Of a stretch of DNA of 64,000 nt, positions 1 through 10,900 are shown piece by piece (positions within the stretch are counted from its first letter, which is position 1; each line of letters begins with the position of its first letter). The stretch is from Zancudomyces culisetae HAW-14-8 (taxonomy: Eukaryota > Fungi > Kickxellomycota): the NCBI GenBank assembly GCA_052426225.1, contig JBNJNM010000015.1, forward strand, positions 1,864,186-1,928,185. Direction: 5' to 3'. Made by a program: the position numbers and the translations under genes. Below the pieces are notes generated by a model, which saw only the letters and a list, made by a program, of their open reading frames with translations, searched no databases and had not been told where the DNA came from.

Positions 1-441
1 AATAAGTTTTACTTTATTTAACCAGTCAACCCTACCTTTTTAGCTTATATTTAATTTAGTTTTATGTATTTATTACTTCAATAAATGCGATAAAACTGGG
101 TAAAATTACGCCCAACTCCTAAAATTTGGTGTGCAAAACGATTAATTTTGGTCCAAAAATTAGACTCTGATAACTTTCTGATACCCTTTGAAAATTGTGT
201 TACGCTTCACTACCTATGTTTTTTTTTGGTTTTAGGTAGGTTTTAGCTCAAATCACAAATTTCAATTTTATAGAGTAAAATATGGTATTTTAGAGCTAAT
301 TTGTATTGTATTTAATGAATAACTATAAAAAACGAAATGATAAAACCACCAAACTTGTGGTGGGGTTACTTGTAATATACTAGTACCTGACTAGCTATTT
401 TATTAGAACTTTATATAATAGAAACTTAAAATAAAACAATT

Positions 442-640
442 ATAACTGAATGTTTCTCCAACATTTGGGTAATTTATTACCCAAGAAATCCCAGATTTCT
501 TGCTCGAACACCCGAGGTAACAGTGGTTATTCGGTGTTTGAGAAGCTGTATGCTGTTCATCCAATAGTTTAGCTTGGATAGAACTAAGCATACAACAGTT
601 ATGTTATCAAAAGCTCAGATTCACAGCTTTTGTTTTTTCA
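442..640 (+). ncRNA. Candidate structured RNA (five packed hairpins in a closing stem, then a terminal hairpin and T-run); identity unknown
   Basis: ATAACTG(442-448)/CAGTTAT(596-602) encloses hairpins at about 449-465, 466-483, 484-500, 503-542 and 548-593. AAAAGCT/AGCTTTT hairpin at 609-631 is followed by TTTTTT. G-T pairs favour the + strand. Confidence 0.35.
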
Positions 641-1156
641 ATTAGTTGGAAACTATTATAGTAATTATACTATGTACTATTTTATTATAAGTTTTCACTA
701 TAATACTATAAGTTCCTGTGTAGAACCAACTTTATTGCATTGATATTTTTTCTTTCTAGGTCTTTTAAACAACCTATTTATACAAAATTCAAATACTAAT
801 AGAAATTAATTTATACTAATAATCTATTTTTTTTTCATTCTTATCATGTCATAGAAATACCATAAAGATAAAATAACTATACATGATTCCTACAAATAAA
901 TAAACATATGTAAACATTCATGATTTGCATTAACAAATACTACTTAAAATATACTAATATAATATGCACAGACTACTTCTGTGTTTACTAATAATATATA
1001 AATATGTATAAACTCAAATAAATATTAAATAAGTAAGTCAAACAATTAAGTATAATATGATAAATAATAAAATTAACAAGAAAATATCATAAAATCATAT
1101 AAATATTTATATAATTGATAAACATATAGGTATGTATACTCATTATATAACAGTTT

Positions 1157-1486
1157 TGTTAACTAAAATGTTTATATTTACTACTTAACTATACTATAGA
1201 AGTAACTTACTGTATGTTTGGTATTTATACTTATTAAAACTTATATCTATTTTAATATTCTGTTAAGCTTGTTTTATTTAAATTCAAGTGGGCGTTTGCT
1301 TTAACCCCAAAAACTTTTCGATAATTATTATTCAAAACACTAAGTAATAAATCCATGGACAAAACCACGGGAGGAAAAAAGTCCAATCTAAAAATAAAGA
1401 TAACTATACTATAAATTAACTACTATAAAATATTGAGATTTGAAATCTCAATGCATTAAGAGTTCTAATCGTATTAATATACGACA
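1157..1486. repeat. Diverged solo LTR related to the element D LTR
   Basis: TGT...ACA termini; shares GGACAAAA(A)CCACG..GGAAAAA.GTCCAATCTAAAAAT with 14101-14140. Left boundary approximate. Confidence 0.45.
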
Positions 1487-1739
1487 ATAATGTCGTGTAG
1501 TGTAAATGCTTAACCTCCTACTTGGTAACTTTCGCTACCAAGTATTACACGGGACGGGCCATTTTACTTACCTTTTACTATATGCTGCGTATTATTATAT
1601 AGTAATTTTGATTTAGCAAATGAGGACATTTGATTTAGTTAGACAAAAATTTCAATTTTATACAATAAAATCTACAAAAAATCTAACTAAAAATTACAAT
1701 CACGTTTAACCAATGAAAATGTTTCACCTATTTTAGGCA

Positions 1740-2070
1740 TACAACATGAATTTGATCACTTCTTTCTCTTTTCAAAGTTTAAGAAATAATTAAATTGATA
1801 ATTAATATTAAATAGTTTAGTTAAATATCTACTTGTTATATCCGATCTAAAAACTCACTATTAATATTTTTTCTTTATAAAACAGTTTATTTTGTAATAA
1901 TAGTAATATTAATAATAATAATAATATATGTATTCCCTCAAAAAAGGTATATTTATTAAACGCAAGCTAATTCCTATATAAACTATTGTTTATGCTATTA
2001 TGTTATCTCAATTTTTCTTGATATCTATTTAGTCTTGGCACATTAAAAAAACCTAATGCACAGAGAAAAA
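1740..2070. repeat. Dispersed AT-rich repeat homologous to about 17170-17495 (probably LTR-derived)
   Basis: Colinear blocks such as ACTTCTTTCTCTTTTC, TATCTACTTGTT, AAGCTAATTCCTATATAAACTATT and AATGCACAG. Confidence 0.6.
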
Positions 2071-2214
2071 TGATGTTAGAAATTGTTTTAAAATAAATTA
2101 AATAAATTCATGTTTATTATAATTCTCCATGACCAAATCAAGAAGGTTACAAAATGAAATTGTAACCATATACAAATTTCTATAATGTAACAAAGTACAA
2201 ATTATTAAATAAAT

Positions 2215-2626
2215 TGTCAAGATCTGGAGTTTGGAAAGTTATATTTATTATTATTAAAGTTTATTGTATGAATGTATACAAGATACTAGATACTGAATCC
2301 AAGACAGGAAAATTGTACCCTTTTTATACTTTTTTCCAGCCTTGGTTTTTGAACATAATCACTATGAAAACTGCGGAATAGCTAAAAACGCAAGCTAAAG
2401 AAAAACGTGTATGATTACTAATCAAATTGGATTAGTAATCATACAAAAATCAAACTCGAATGCTATAAAAATTAAACATGTGAAAATTATTACGTAATAA
2501 AAATTAAGAAATAATGTGAATTTTCGGTAATGTTCTAGAATGTTGGGGAACATTCTAAACATTACTGCGGAATAAAATCAGATGATTCTAGAACGTTTTC
2601 GAACATTCTAGAATCAGTTCATGACA
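2215..2626 (-). repeat. Element A 3' LTR
   Basis: TGTCA...TGACA termini; direct repeat of 5177-5588; adjacent PPT GAGGGGAGGTCG (2627-2638, - strand). Confidence 0.95.
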
Positions 2627-2638
2627 CGACCTCCCCTC

Positions 2639-3595
2639 TTAAGGCTGAGCTCCGTGAAGCATTTGTTGTGGCTTTGGTTTTTCAGGATGGTGACGATGGA
2701 ATTCAGTGACAAGATATTTTGCATTTGCTAAGTCAGAATATGTTTGCCAGGTACGTTCAGTGTCTGGGTATCCTTTCCAGTGTACCAGGTATTTGACAGT
2801 TCTACCAAATATTTTACTATCTAGGATTTTCTCAACTTCATATTCTTCTTGGCCATCAATAATCACAGGTAGAAGTGGTTTTGATGGTCTATCTGGAATC
2901 AGATCTGGTTTATAAGGTTCAAGGAGATTGACGTGGAATACTGGGTGAATCTTCATTGTGTGTGGTAGCTGGAGTTTGTATGATCTTTGTCCAATCTTTT
3001 CCAATACTTTGAATGGGCCAAGTTTCCGATAGTCAAGCTTCTTGCTTGGTCTTTGAGTCCTGATGTTTTTAGTTGAGAGATAGACAAGATCACCAATGTT
3101 GAAGTCAGGTTGTGATGATACTTTTCGGTTGTAGTATTTCTCATGGTCTTCAAGGGCAAGGGAGATGTTAAACTTCAGTTCTTGGTGGATATCAGATAGT
3201 CGTTTGGATCTATCAGAGGAGGCAGGATTTAAAACTTGAGTACGAGGGATTATGACTGAGAAGCGTGGATGGAAGCCATAGTTGGCGTAGAAAGGTGTGG
3301 TCTTAGTAGAAGCATGAGATGTGTTGTTGTAGGCGAATTCAGCAATTGGTAACCACTTTGACCAATCAGTTTGTTGGTAATCAATGTAGCACCTGAGATA
3401 CTGTTCCAATACTGAGTTTACGCGTTCAGTTTGTCCATCTGTCTGAGGATGGAATGCGGTGGACATTTTTTGTTCAATATTCAGTGATTTCATTAGAGTA
3501 CGCATGAATGATGAATTAAAGGTTACACCTCTATCAGATACGATGTCGTTAGGGAGTCCATGTTTGCAGATAGATACTTTCGAGATGGTTATCAT
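2639..3595 (-). pseudogene. pol: Truncated integrase (rve core, GPF/Y module) plus chromodomain of element A
   Basis: [37 protein letters not shown]...YLVHWKGY. HHCC zinc finger and first catalytic Asp are lost at a junction near 3570. Confidence 0.9.
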
Positions 3596-3917
3596 TGATT
3601 TTTAGTGTTACTTGGCAGGCAGAGTTGGATCTAAGCTTTGATCCGTCAGCGAGAGTGATTGTCATTTTTCTAGATAAAGATGGTAGATTGTTTTTTAGAG
3701 CAAAGGTGGCGTCAATGAACGAGGACGAAGCACCAGAATCAACCATAGCGTAGGTTTTGATGTGGTGGTGCTTGAACAAGATGGTTACAGGAATGGTCAA
3801 GGTGTTTGGTTTATCAGGAGATTGGGTGTCAGAAACAGGAGTGGTTACAGTGGCGTGGGGACTGGCTAAGTTGCCCAATAGGTGTCCCTTACTGTCTACT
3901 GGGCGGTGTCGTTTTCC
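3549..3917 (-). pseudogene. pol: Pol N-terminus with aspartic protease fragment (element A), -1 frame relative to gag
   Basis: AMVDSGASSSFI motif; frame is open from the GGAAAAC slippery site at 3911-3917. Confidence 0.85.
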
Positions 3918-5116
3918 TGTGTTGGTGTAATGCTGGAGATGTTGTGGCGTTTCTTTGGACAGTTGATGTTGAAATGGTCATTACCGCCACAATAGAGACA
4001 GAGATTGTTTTCGATACGGTATGCTCTTTGAGCAGGAGTAAGTGGTGGTCTTCTAGTCGATGAAGCGGTACTGAGATCCATTGGTTGCGGTCCATCACTA
4101 TTAGCTGGTGGAGTGGTAGATGGTGCCGAAACAGGTGAAGCAAACGGGTTGTAAGCAGTGGGTTTGGGTGGCATAGTTGCAGTGGGGTTAACTGGAGGTT
4201 GACGACGTTGTGGATGGCTGAAGAGGCGGTTGTCGATCTGGATGGCTGTAGAGATCAGGGTATCGATGTCTTCTATTGGTTCTCTACGGTTGAGTTCCTG
4301 GGATACGTTGTACTTGAGACCGGATAGAAACTGTGAGATCAAAGGTGGTTGGTTCCAGTCAATTAACATCTGTAGGCGTCTAAACTCGGTGGCATATGCG
4401 GCAACGGAAGTGGTTTGGCGGAGTTGGCGGATTGCCCTATCAGCATTCTCAATAGGGTTGGGATCACCAAAGGCACGAGTGATAGTTTCTTTAAACAGAT
4501 TGTAGTTGGAGAGGATGACAGGACGGTCAGACTCTGGAAGGTTTGCTTTCATGAGGTAAGGTTCCATGTAACTGAATGTTGTGCCTGAGAGGTAGGAGAT
4601 GGCATACAAGACTTTACTTGAGTCTGTGTTGAATTTATCGGGTGAAGCGGCAAAGACGAGAGCAAGCTGTGAAAAGAAGTTGGAACAGGCGGAGGGTTTT
4701 CCTGAAAATGTGTCTGGGTGTCTTACTTTGATACTAGGTTCAGAAGTACTAGCAACTTTGGTGGCACGGTTTTCAGTTATATAAAGTATGACTTCGTTCC
4801 TGAGGGTACTGAGCTGGTCCTGAAGGGATTGGATTTCCAACTGGTTGGCCTTTATGGCGCTTTGGGTTAGCTGGTCTGAATTCTGGATATCGGACTGGAG
4901 GTTGTTCATGGAGTCAAGAATGGTCTGGATGGACTTGGTGGTGTCTGCTTTGACCTTGTCATAAATTTTCTTGGATACTGTGGCAGGGTGTTCCTTGATG
5001 GCAGACTCGGCTTTTTCTACTCTTATTAATAGTTGCTGGAGGGCTTCTTCAACTGCTGGTAGGGTTACGGCGGCTTTGTTGAGGAATTCAACTTGTTCTG
5101 GGATAAACGGTTCCAT
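3896..5116 (-). CDS. gag: Gag of element A (N-terminal coiled-coil-like extension, capsid, CCHC knuckle)
   Basis: LRQTTSVAAYATEF, PQPMDL, CLYCGGNDHFNINC. Confidence 0.92.
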   Translation of the reverse strand: MEPFIPEQVEFLNKAAVTLPAVEEALQQLLIRVEKAESAIKEHPATVSKKIYDKVKADTTKSIQTILDSMNNLQSDIQNSDQLTQSAIKANQLEIQSLQDQLSTLRNEVILYITENRATKVASTSEPSIKVRHPDTFSGKPSACSNFFSQLALVFAASPDKFNTDSSKVLYAISYLSGTTFSYMEPYLMKANLPESDRPVILSNYNLFKETITRAFGDPNPIENADRAIRQLRQTTSVAAYATEFRRLQMLIDWNQPPLISQFLSGLKYNVSQELNRREPIEDIDTLISTAIQIDNRLFSHPQRRQPPVNPTATMPPKPTAYNPFASPVSAPSTTPPANSDGPQPMDLSTASSTRRPPLTPAQRAYRIENNLCLYCGGNDHFNINCPKKRHNISSITPTQENDTAQ

Positions 5117-5176
5117 GGTTAAAATACTTAGGCTGGTTTCAGAAAATAATAAATATAATATTTTGATCTAGTATAG

Positions 5177-5588
5177 TGTCAAGATCTGGAGTTTGGAAAG
5201 TTATATTTATTATTATTAAAGTTTATTGTATGAATGTATACAAGATACTAGATACTGAATCCAAGACAGGAAAATTGTACCCTTTTTATACTTTTTTCCA
5301 GCCTTGGTTTTTGAACATAATCACTATGAAAACTGCGGAATAGCTAAAAACGCAAGCTAAAGAAAAACGTGTATGATTACTAATCAAATTGGATTAGTAA
5401 TCATACAAAAATCAAACTCGAATGCTATAAAAATTAAACATGTGAAAATTATTACGTAATAAAAATTAAGAAATAATGTGAATTTTCGGTAATGTTCTAG
5501 AATGTTGGGGAACATTCTAAACATTACTGCGGTGTAAAATCAGATGATTCTAGAACGTTTTCGAACATTCTAGAATCAGTTCATGACA
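5177..5588 (-). repeat. Element A 5' LTR
   Basis: Repeat of 2215-2626; TATAAAAA on - strand near 5284-5291. Confidence 0.95.
5494..5576. promoter_or_regulatory. Two heat-shock-element (nGAAn) arrays in U3 of the A LTR
   Basis: aTTCt aGAAc gTTTt cGAAc aTTCt aGAAt (5547-5576) and gTTCt aGAAt gTTGg gGAAc aTTCt (5494-5518); present in all four A-family LTRs. Confidence 0.6.
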
Positions 5589-5988
5589 TTAATCTAACCA
5601 AGTCAAGTAAAAATGAATTTCGCGATGAAATTCCGTTAAAAAATAATACAGACCATTTTAGGAAATAAGAAACCTAGAAAGAATTCCGAAACTAATAATT
5701 CAAAGAATCGTCAGAATAACATGAATGACGCAATCATTGACACACTAAACTCACGGTAGTTAATCACATCAGTTACTATTAAGTTTAATAGTCAAATTTT
5801 ATAGTATGATAGCAACTTTACTTAAGAAAATTTTATATGGAAAAATCACTGGAGTAAAAGTATAAAAAACCTTTCGAAATCCATTGAAAGAGAACTTCAG
5901 AGAAAAATAACTTATTCACTATTGAATACCATATTTTTCTAAATAACATAATATTTATAAATAATTTAATAATAAAATTAATCAAGTA

Positions 5989-6829
5989 TTAACAAATAAA
6001 CACTACCGCACTTTTCCATAATTCAGGCTCCAAAACTTTCTCTATTAATCGTTGAAAGGAAGCAGGACTATTTGTAAGCCCGAAAGGCATTACATTATAG
6101 CAGTAGCTTTCACTGCCAGGTATTGAGAAATCTGTCTTCTCTTTATCTTTTTCCGACATCTTTATTTGCCAGAAGCCATTTAAAGCATCTAGAGTGCTTA
6201 ACACAACAGAGACTGAAAGTGACATATAGATGTCGTCTATTGTGGGTAAGGGATAGACGTCTTTCTTGGTTATCAAGTTGAGTTTTCTGTAATCCGTACA
6301 AATCCGCAGTTTTCCATTTTTCTTCCACACGGTAACCACGGGGGAACACCATTCCGACGCACATGGAGATATTATACCATGCTCTTCCATTAACTTAAGC
6401 TCATCTCTTACCATCTGTTGTAAGTGGTAAGGAATTCGATAAGGTCTTTGTTTGATAGCCTTGTTATCCGTGAGCTCAATAGTATGCTCTACTACATTTG
6501 TTTGCGTTAGCTCCTCCAAGTTTTCCACAAACAGCTCGCTGTAACTCTCTTTGAGTTTATCGAATCTCTTATCAACATAACTATCTTCTTCAACTGCATC
6601 TATGGTATCCTGCTTAGCTATCAGGTAAATCTCAGTATAATCCTGGTCACTATTTGACTTTAAGGAGTTATTATATATTGGAATAATTAACTCTGCGTTT
6701 GCTATTGGTAACTATATTGTTTATTCAATTAAGTCTATTATAACCTTGAAATTCTGTAAAAAGTCTGTTCCTAAAATTAGTGTATTATCCATACGATCCA
6801 TTTTAACCATATCTGTTGGAAATTCTAAT
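5989..6829 (-). pseudogene. pol: Protease C-terminus and RT N-terminal half of element D
   Basis: KKNGKLRICTDYRKLN, LDALNGFWQI, VMPFGLTNSPASFQ; breaks off at the YxDD motif. Confidence 0.85.
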
Positions 6830-6834
6830 CCTCC

Positions 6835-6955
6835 TGTCAGAATCGCATTATTTACCCATAAGTTTTAATATTTATTTTTAATCATATTTAACTACCTTTG
6901 AATCCTAACTTGGGAACATTAAGTTTCCCAACTTAAATAAATTAGTTTCCTGACA
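6835..6955 (+). repeat. B1 5' LTR (121 bp)
   Basis: TGTCAG...CTGACA; identical to 12315-12435. Confidence 0.97.
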
Positions 6956-6957
6956 TT

Positions 6958-6968
6958 TTGGGAAACTT
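6958..6968 (+). promoter_or_regulatory. Self-priming PBS of B1
   Basis: TTGGGAAACTT is the exact complement of LTR AAGTTTCCCAA (6921-6931); no tRNA-type TGG primer match. Confidence 0.7.
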
Positions 6969-6990
6969 CTAATTATTGGTTGAAGAGTTA

Positions 6991-7944
6991 ATGATGGTCC
7001 ACCAATTAGATGAGATCGCAAAATTAGCTATGCAACAAGCTTTGCAAGAAAGTCAAGCTCAAGCCCAGGCTCAAGCCCAGACACCCGCCCAAGTCCCCAG
7101 TCAGTTGCAGAATTTGCCTGCACCAAATCCGCAGCCAAGGATTGATGGTATCAGAATACCAGAAATCCAGAAATACTCAGGAGAATCAGGAAGGTTCCGA
7201 GCCTTCACCGCCGAGATCAAGCGCCAGTTCTGGGCCAGACCAGACGTGTTCCAGAGTGACCATAACAAGATATGGTTCATCAGTTCTCACCTTGCCGGTC
7301 ATGCTGCCCTGTGGTTCGATAACCTTATCGATACCCAATCACCGTTGCTCTCAGATTTCAAAGGGTTTGAGAATGAATTTCAAAAGAGATTCTCAGATCC
7401 TGGCCACCAAGCCCGAGCTATCACCCAGCTTCATAGTTGCCGCCAGTCCCAGCGTTCCGTCCTGGAATTTGCAACCGAGTTCAGAAACCTCGCCTCTCTC
7501 AGTGGATTCAACGAGCCAGCCAAAATCCACCTGTTTTACATCGGATTGGATACTAGCCTTGTCCAGCGCCTTGCCACTGAACCGCTACCAAACACCTTGG
7601 ACCAGCTCATTGATCAGGTGATTGAGCTTGAGAACAGAATCAATGCCCGCAGTGCCTACCTGCCCAAGAGAAGCGTCCCATTCCGCAACTGGAGTACTCC
7701 GGCTCCACCGGTCTTCCCCCGTCCAGCCATGCCTGTCCCAGATCACCAGGCTCCTGAACCAATGGACGTTGATGCCGTCACCTCCCGTCCAAGAGCACCG
7801 CTAGATACAGCCGAACGCCAGAGAAGATTAGCCAATAATCTTTGTCTATACTGTGGTCAGCCGAACCACATTCTCCGTAACTGTCCGCTCCGCAGGCCAA
7901 GACCCCCTATACCTGGGGTGCCAAAAGACAGTGCTCAGATGTAG
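6991..7944 (+). CDS. gag: Gag of B1 (first ATG at 6991; ORF track begins at TTG 6976)
   Basis: CRQSQRSVLEFATEF, PEPMDVD, CLYCGQPNHILRNC. Confidence 0.93.
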   Translation: MMVHQLDEIAKLAMQQALQESQAQAQAQAQTPAQVPSQLQNLPAPNPQPRIDGIRIPEIQKYSGESGRFRAFTAEIKRQFWARPDVFQSDHNKIWFISSHLAGHAALWFDNLIDTQSPLLSDFKGFENEFQKRFSDPGHQARAITQLHSCRQSQRSVLEFATEFRNLASLSGFNEPAKIHLFYIGLDTSLVQRLATEPLPNTLDQLIDQVIELENRINARSAYLPKRSVPFRNWSTPAPPVFPRPAMPVPDHQAPEPMDVDAVTSRPRAPLDTAERQRRLANNLCLYCGQPNHILRNCPLRRPRPPIPGVPKDSAQM

Positions 7945-10900
7945 TCCGGGAGTTACTCCTGAGCGTAGCTAATAATTCTAATATTTCTAGTAATAAATTT
8001 CATATTAAAGTTGTTTTAAATAATCTATACGAACTTGTTGCATTAGTGGACTCCGGTGCTTCAGCCAACTTTATTCGTCAAGATTTATTAGAAAAACTAA
8101 ACCTCCCAACCAAAGAAGCTGAAAAAACCATCGTCCTAGAAAGTGTTGATGGTCACCAGATATACCCAGGGGGCATAAATGTCAAGGTTGATAATGCCCA
8201 TATCAAGTCCGGTCCTAACCACTCTGAACACCTAGACCTTATCCCGATTCCAACCAATCACGCTGACATTATTTTTGGATTACCCTGGTTACGCAAACAC
8301 AATCCTAGTATAACTTGGCCAGACCTCCAGATCCACTTCGACTCTGACTTTTGCAGTACAAATTGTGTTGATACCCACTCCATCCAGGCCGTGTTCAAGT
8401 CACCTGATGAACCAGATCCAGATCCAGTAGAACAAAATATTAGCCAGAATACGTCCACAAACTCAACTATCCTCCAAAGGGTGTTGAATAGATTATCAAC
8501 TACCCTGCTTCCACACAGTGCCAAGTTGCTCGAATCGGTCAAGTTGGACGATTCAAACACTGAAAATCAAAGATTTTCACCGCCTCCGTCTCCTGATCTC
8601 CCCAGCCCAGCTCCGTCAAATCCATACGCCAGAATTGAAGAGATTCTACCTGTACCTGTTCCTGCACCAGTCCAATCAGTCACTCCAGAACCTGAAACCC
8701 AAAGTTTGCCCAAACCCGCAGCTATTGAGAACCCAGTAGATAACCATGTTGTCAAGCAAATTCCTGATCCCCGTCGTTCAGTAACCCCTGTGCCAAAAGT
8801 ACCACTCAGACCTGAACTTCCCAAAGCAATCCTGAAGAAAATTGAGCCAAGAGAACCAGTCGTCAGATGTCGGCCATTTCATAAAAATACCCCAGTCACC
8901 ACCCCCGAGCCAGAATATTCCTTGGATCCAGATCCTGTAACTTTTGCCGTTTCTGAGTCCCCACTAGAGTACTTGGAAGAATTTCCGCAACTTCCAGTAA
9001 TATACTCTGAATTCAAGGAAGTGTTCAATCCCAAGTCTGCCGTTTCACTTCCTCCTCACCGCCGTTATGACTGTCCTGTCAACACCAAAGAGGGTTACAC
9101 CCCATACTGGGGGCCAATATACCCGCTATCGGAAGTAGAGTTAGAGTCTCTAAGAGGTTACATCCGCGAAAACCTCACCAATGGCTTCATCAGACGCTCT
9201 GTCTCCCCTGCTGGTGCACCAATCATGTTTGTAAAGAAGAAGTCTGGTGACTTGCGCCTTTGTGTTGACTACCGCCGATTGAACGAAGCTACCATCAAGA
9301 ATAGGTACCCATTACCTAGGATTGATGAGGCGTTCGATCGGCTGCGTACAGCCAAGGTCTTTACAAAATTGGATCTCAAAGGTGCCTACAACTTAGTGCG
9401 GATCAAGGAAGGTGACGAGTGGAAAACTGCATTTAGGTGCAGATATGGCCACTTTGAGTACCAGGTCATGCCATTTGGCTTGACAAATGCTCCCGCCACC
9501 TTTCAGCACTTTATCAATGATGTGTTACGAGATGTATTGGATCTCTATGCAATTGCATACCTTGACGACATCTTGATATTTTCCAATGACACTGACACTC
9601 ACATCAATCATGTGAAATCTGTTCTGAAAAAGCTGCTTGAAAATGGTCTGTACTGTAACGCCGAAAAATGTCACTTCCATATCAGGGAAGTTGAATTTCT
9701 AGGCCATGTTGTGTCTTCAGATGGAATAGCCACCGATCCTGCTAAAGTCAAGTGTGTAAAAGAATGGCTACCACCCACCAATGTTAAGGAGGTCCAGAAG
9801 TTTCTCGGTTTTGCCAATTACTACCGAAAGTTTATCCCATACTTTTCGCTGAAAGCCCTGCCAATCACAAGACTTCTGAAAAAGGATACACCGTTCGTTT
9901 GGAGTAAGGAGGCAGGTGAAGCCTTTAATACTCTTATCCAGGATCTCACCACTTCCCCCGTTCTCAGATACCCTGACCCAGGAAAACAGTTTATTCTGGA
10001 AACTGACGCCTCAGACTACGCCATTGGGGCTGCTCTGTCCCAAGAAGATGAAAACGGTGATCTCCGTCCTTGTGCCTACTATTCTTACAAACTCAACACT
10101 GCCGAATCCAACTATAATATCTATGACAAGGAACTCTTGGCAATCATCAAGGCTCTCAAAGAATGGCGACATCATCTGGAAGGCTCCTCCATCCCGTTCA
10201 AGATTCTTACTGACCATAAGAATCTGGAGACCTTTAAAAATCTGAAGTCACTCAACAGAAGACACGCAAGGTGGTCTCTTGATCTCAGTAGATTCAGCTT
10301 CATCATAACCTACAGGCCTGGATCTCAAGGAGGCAAACCTGACGCTCTTTCTCGTTTGCCCAATCACACACCTGATAAGGTCGCCAACAACAACATCATA
10401 GGCGAGGACCACTTCTTAGACATTATCAGCATAGTGGACAGTGATTTTGCTCAAGAAATCGCCAAATCCAGCAAAGCCCATCTAGAAGGATTATTGGATG
10501 CCGCAAGATACCAGAGCAGCCATAAGTCTAACGAGCCAGTAGAAGTTGAAGATGGAATTGTAATGCTTGGAAACCGTGTTGTCGTCCCCGACAAAATGAA
10601 GCCGCAAGTTGTAAGTTCTAGACATGACAGTGGCCCAGCCGGCCATTTTGGCGCTAAGAAGACATTGGAGCTCGTGGAACGAGACTTTTGGTTTCCAGGA
10701 ATGCGCAAATTTATTAAAGAGTTTGTTCAAACCTGTGATACATGCAATAGATCAAAGGACAGAAGACACAAAGTTTACGGTAAACTACTTCCGCTACCCG
10801 CTCCCTCAGGCCCATGGAAATCTATCACCATGGATTTCATAACTGATCTTCCTCCATCCAACAAGCACACTACTATTATGGTAGTTGTAGACAGGTTCAC

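Larger units (their letters stand above)
2215..5588 (-). mobile_element. Element A: internally deleted Ty3/Gypsy chromovirus (gag intact; RT, RNase H and integrase N-terminus missing)
   Basis: Two 412-bp LTRs differing at about 2 nt, PPT, gag, partial protease fused to integrase core plus chromodomain. Flanks TAAAT/TTAAT are an imperfect TSD. Confidence 0.93.

Noticed and set aside
403-591. 62-aa ORF
   Set aside because: No recognisable domain; lies antisense to the hairpin cluster.
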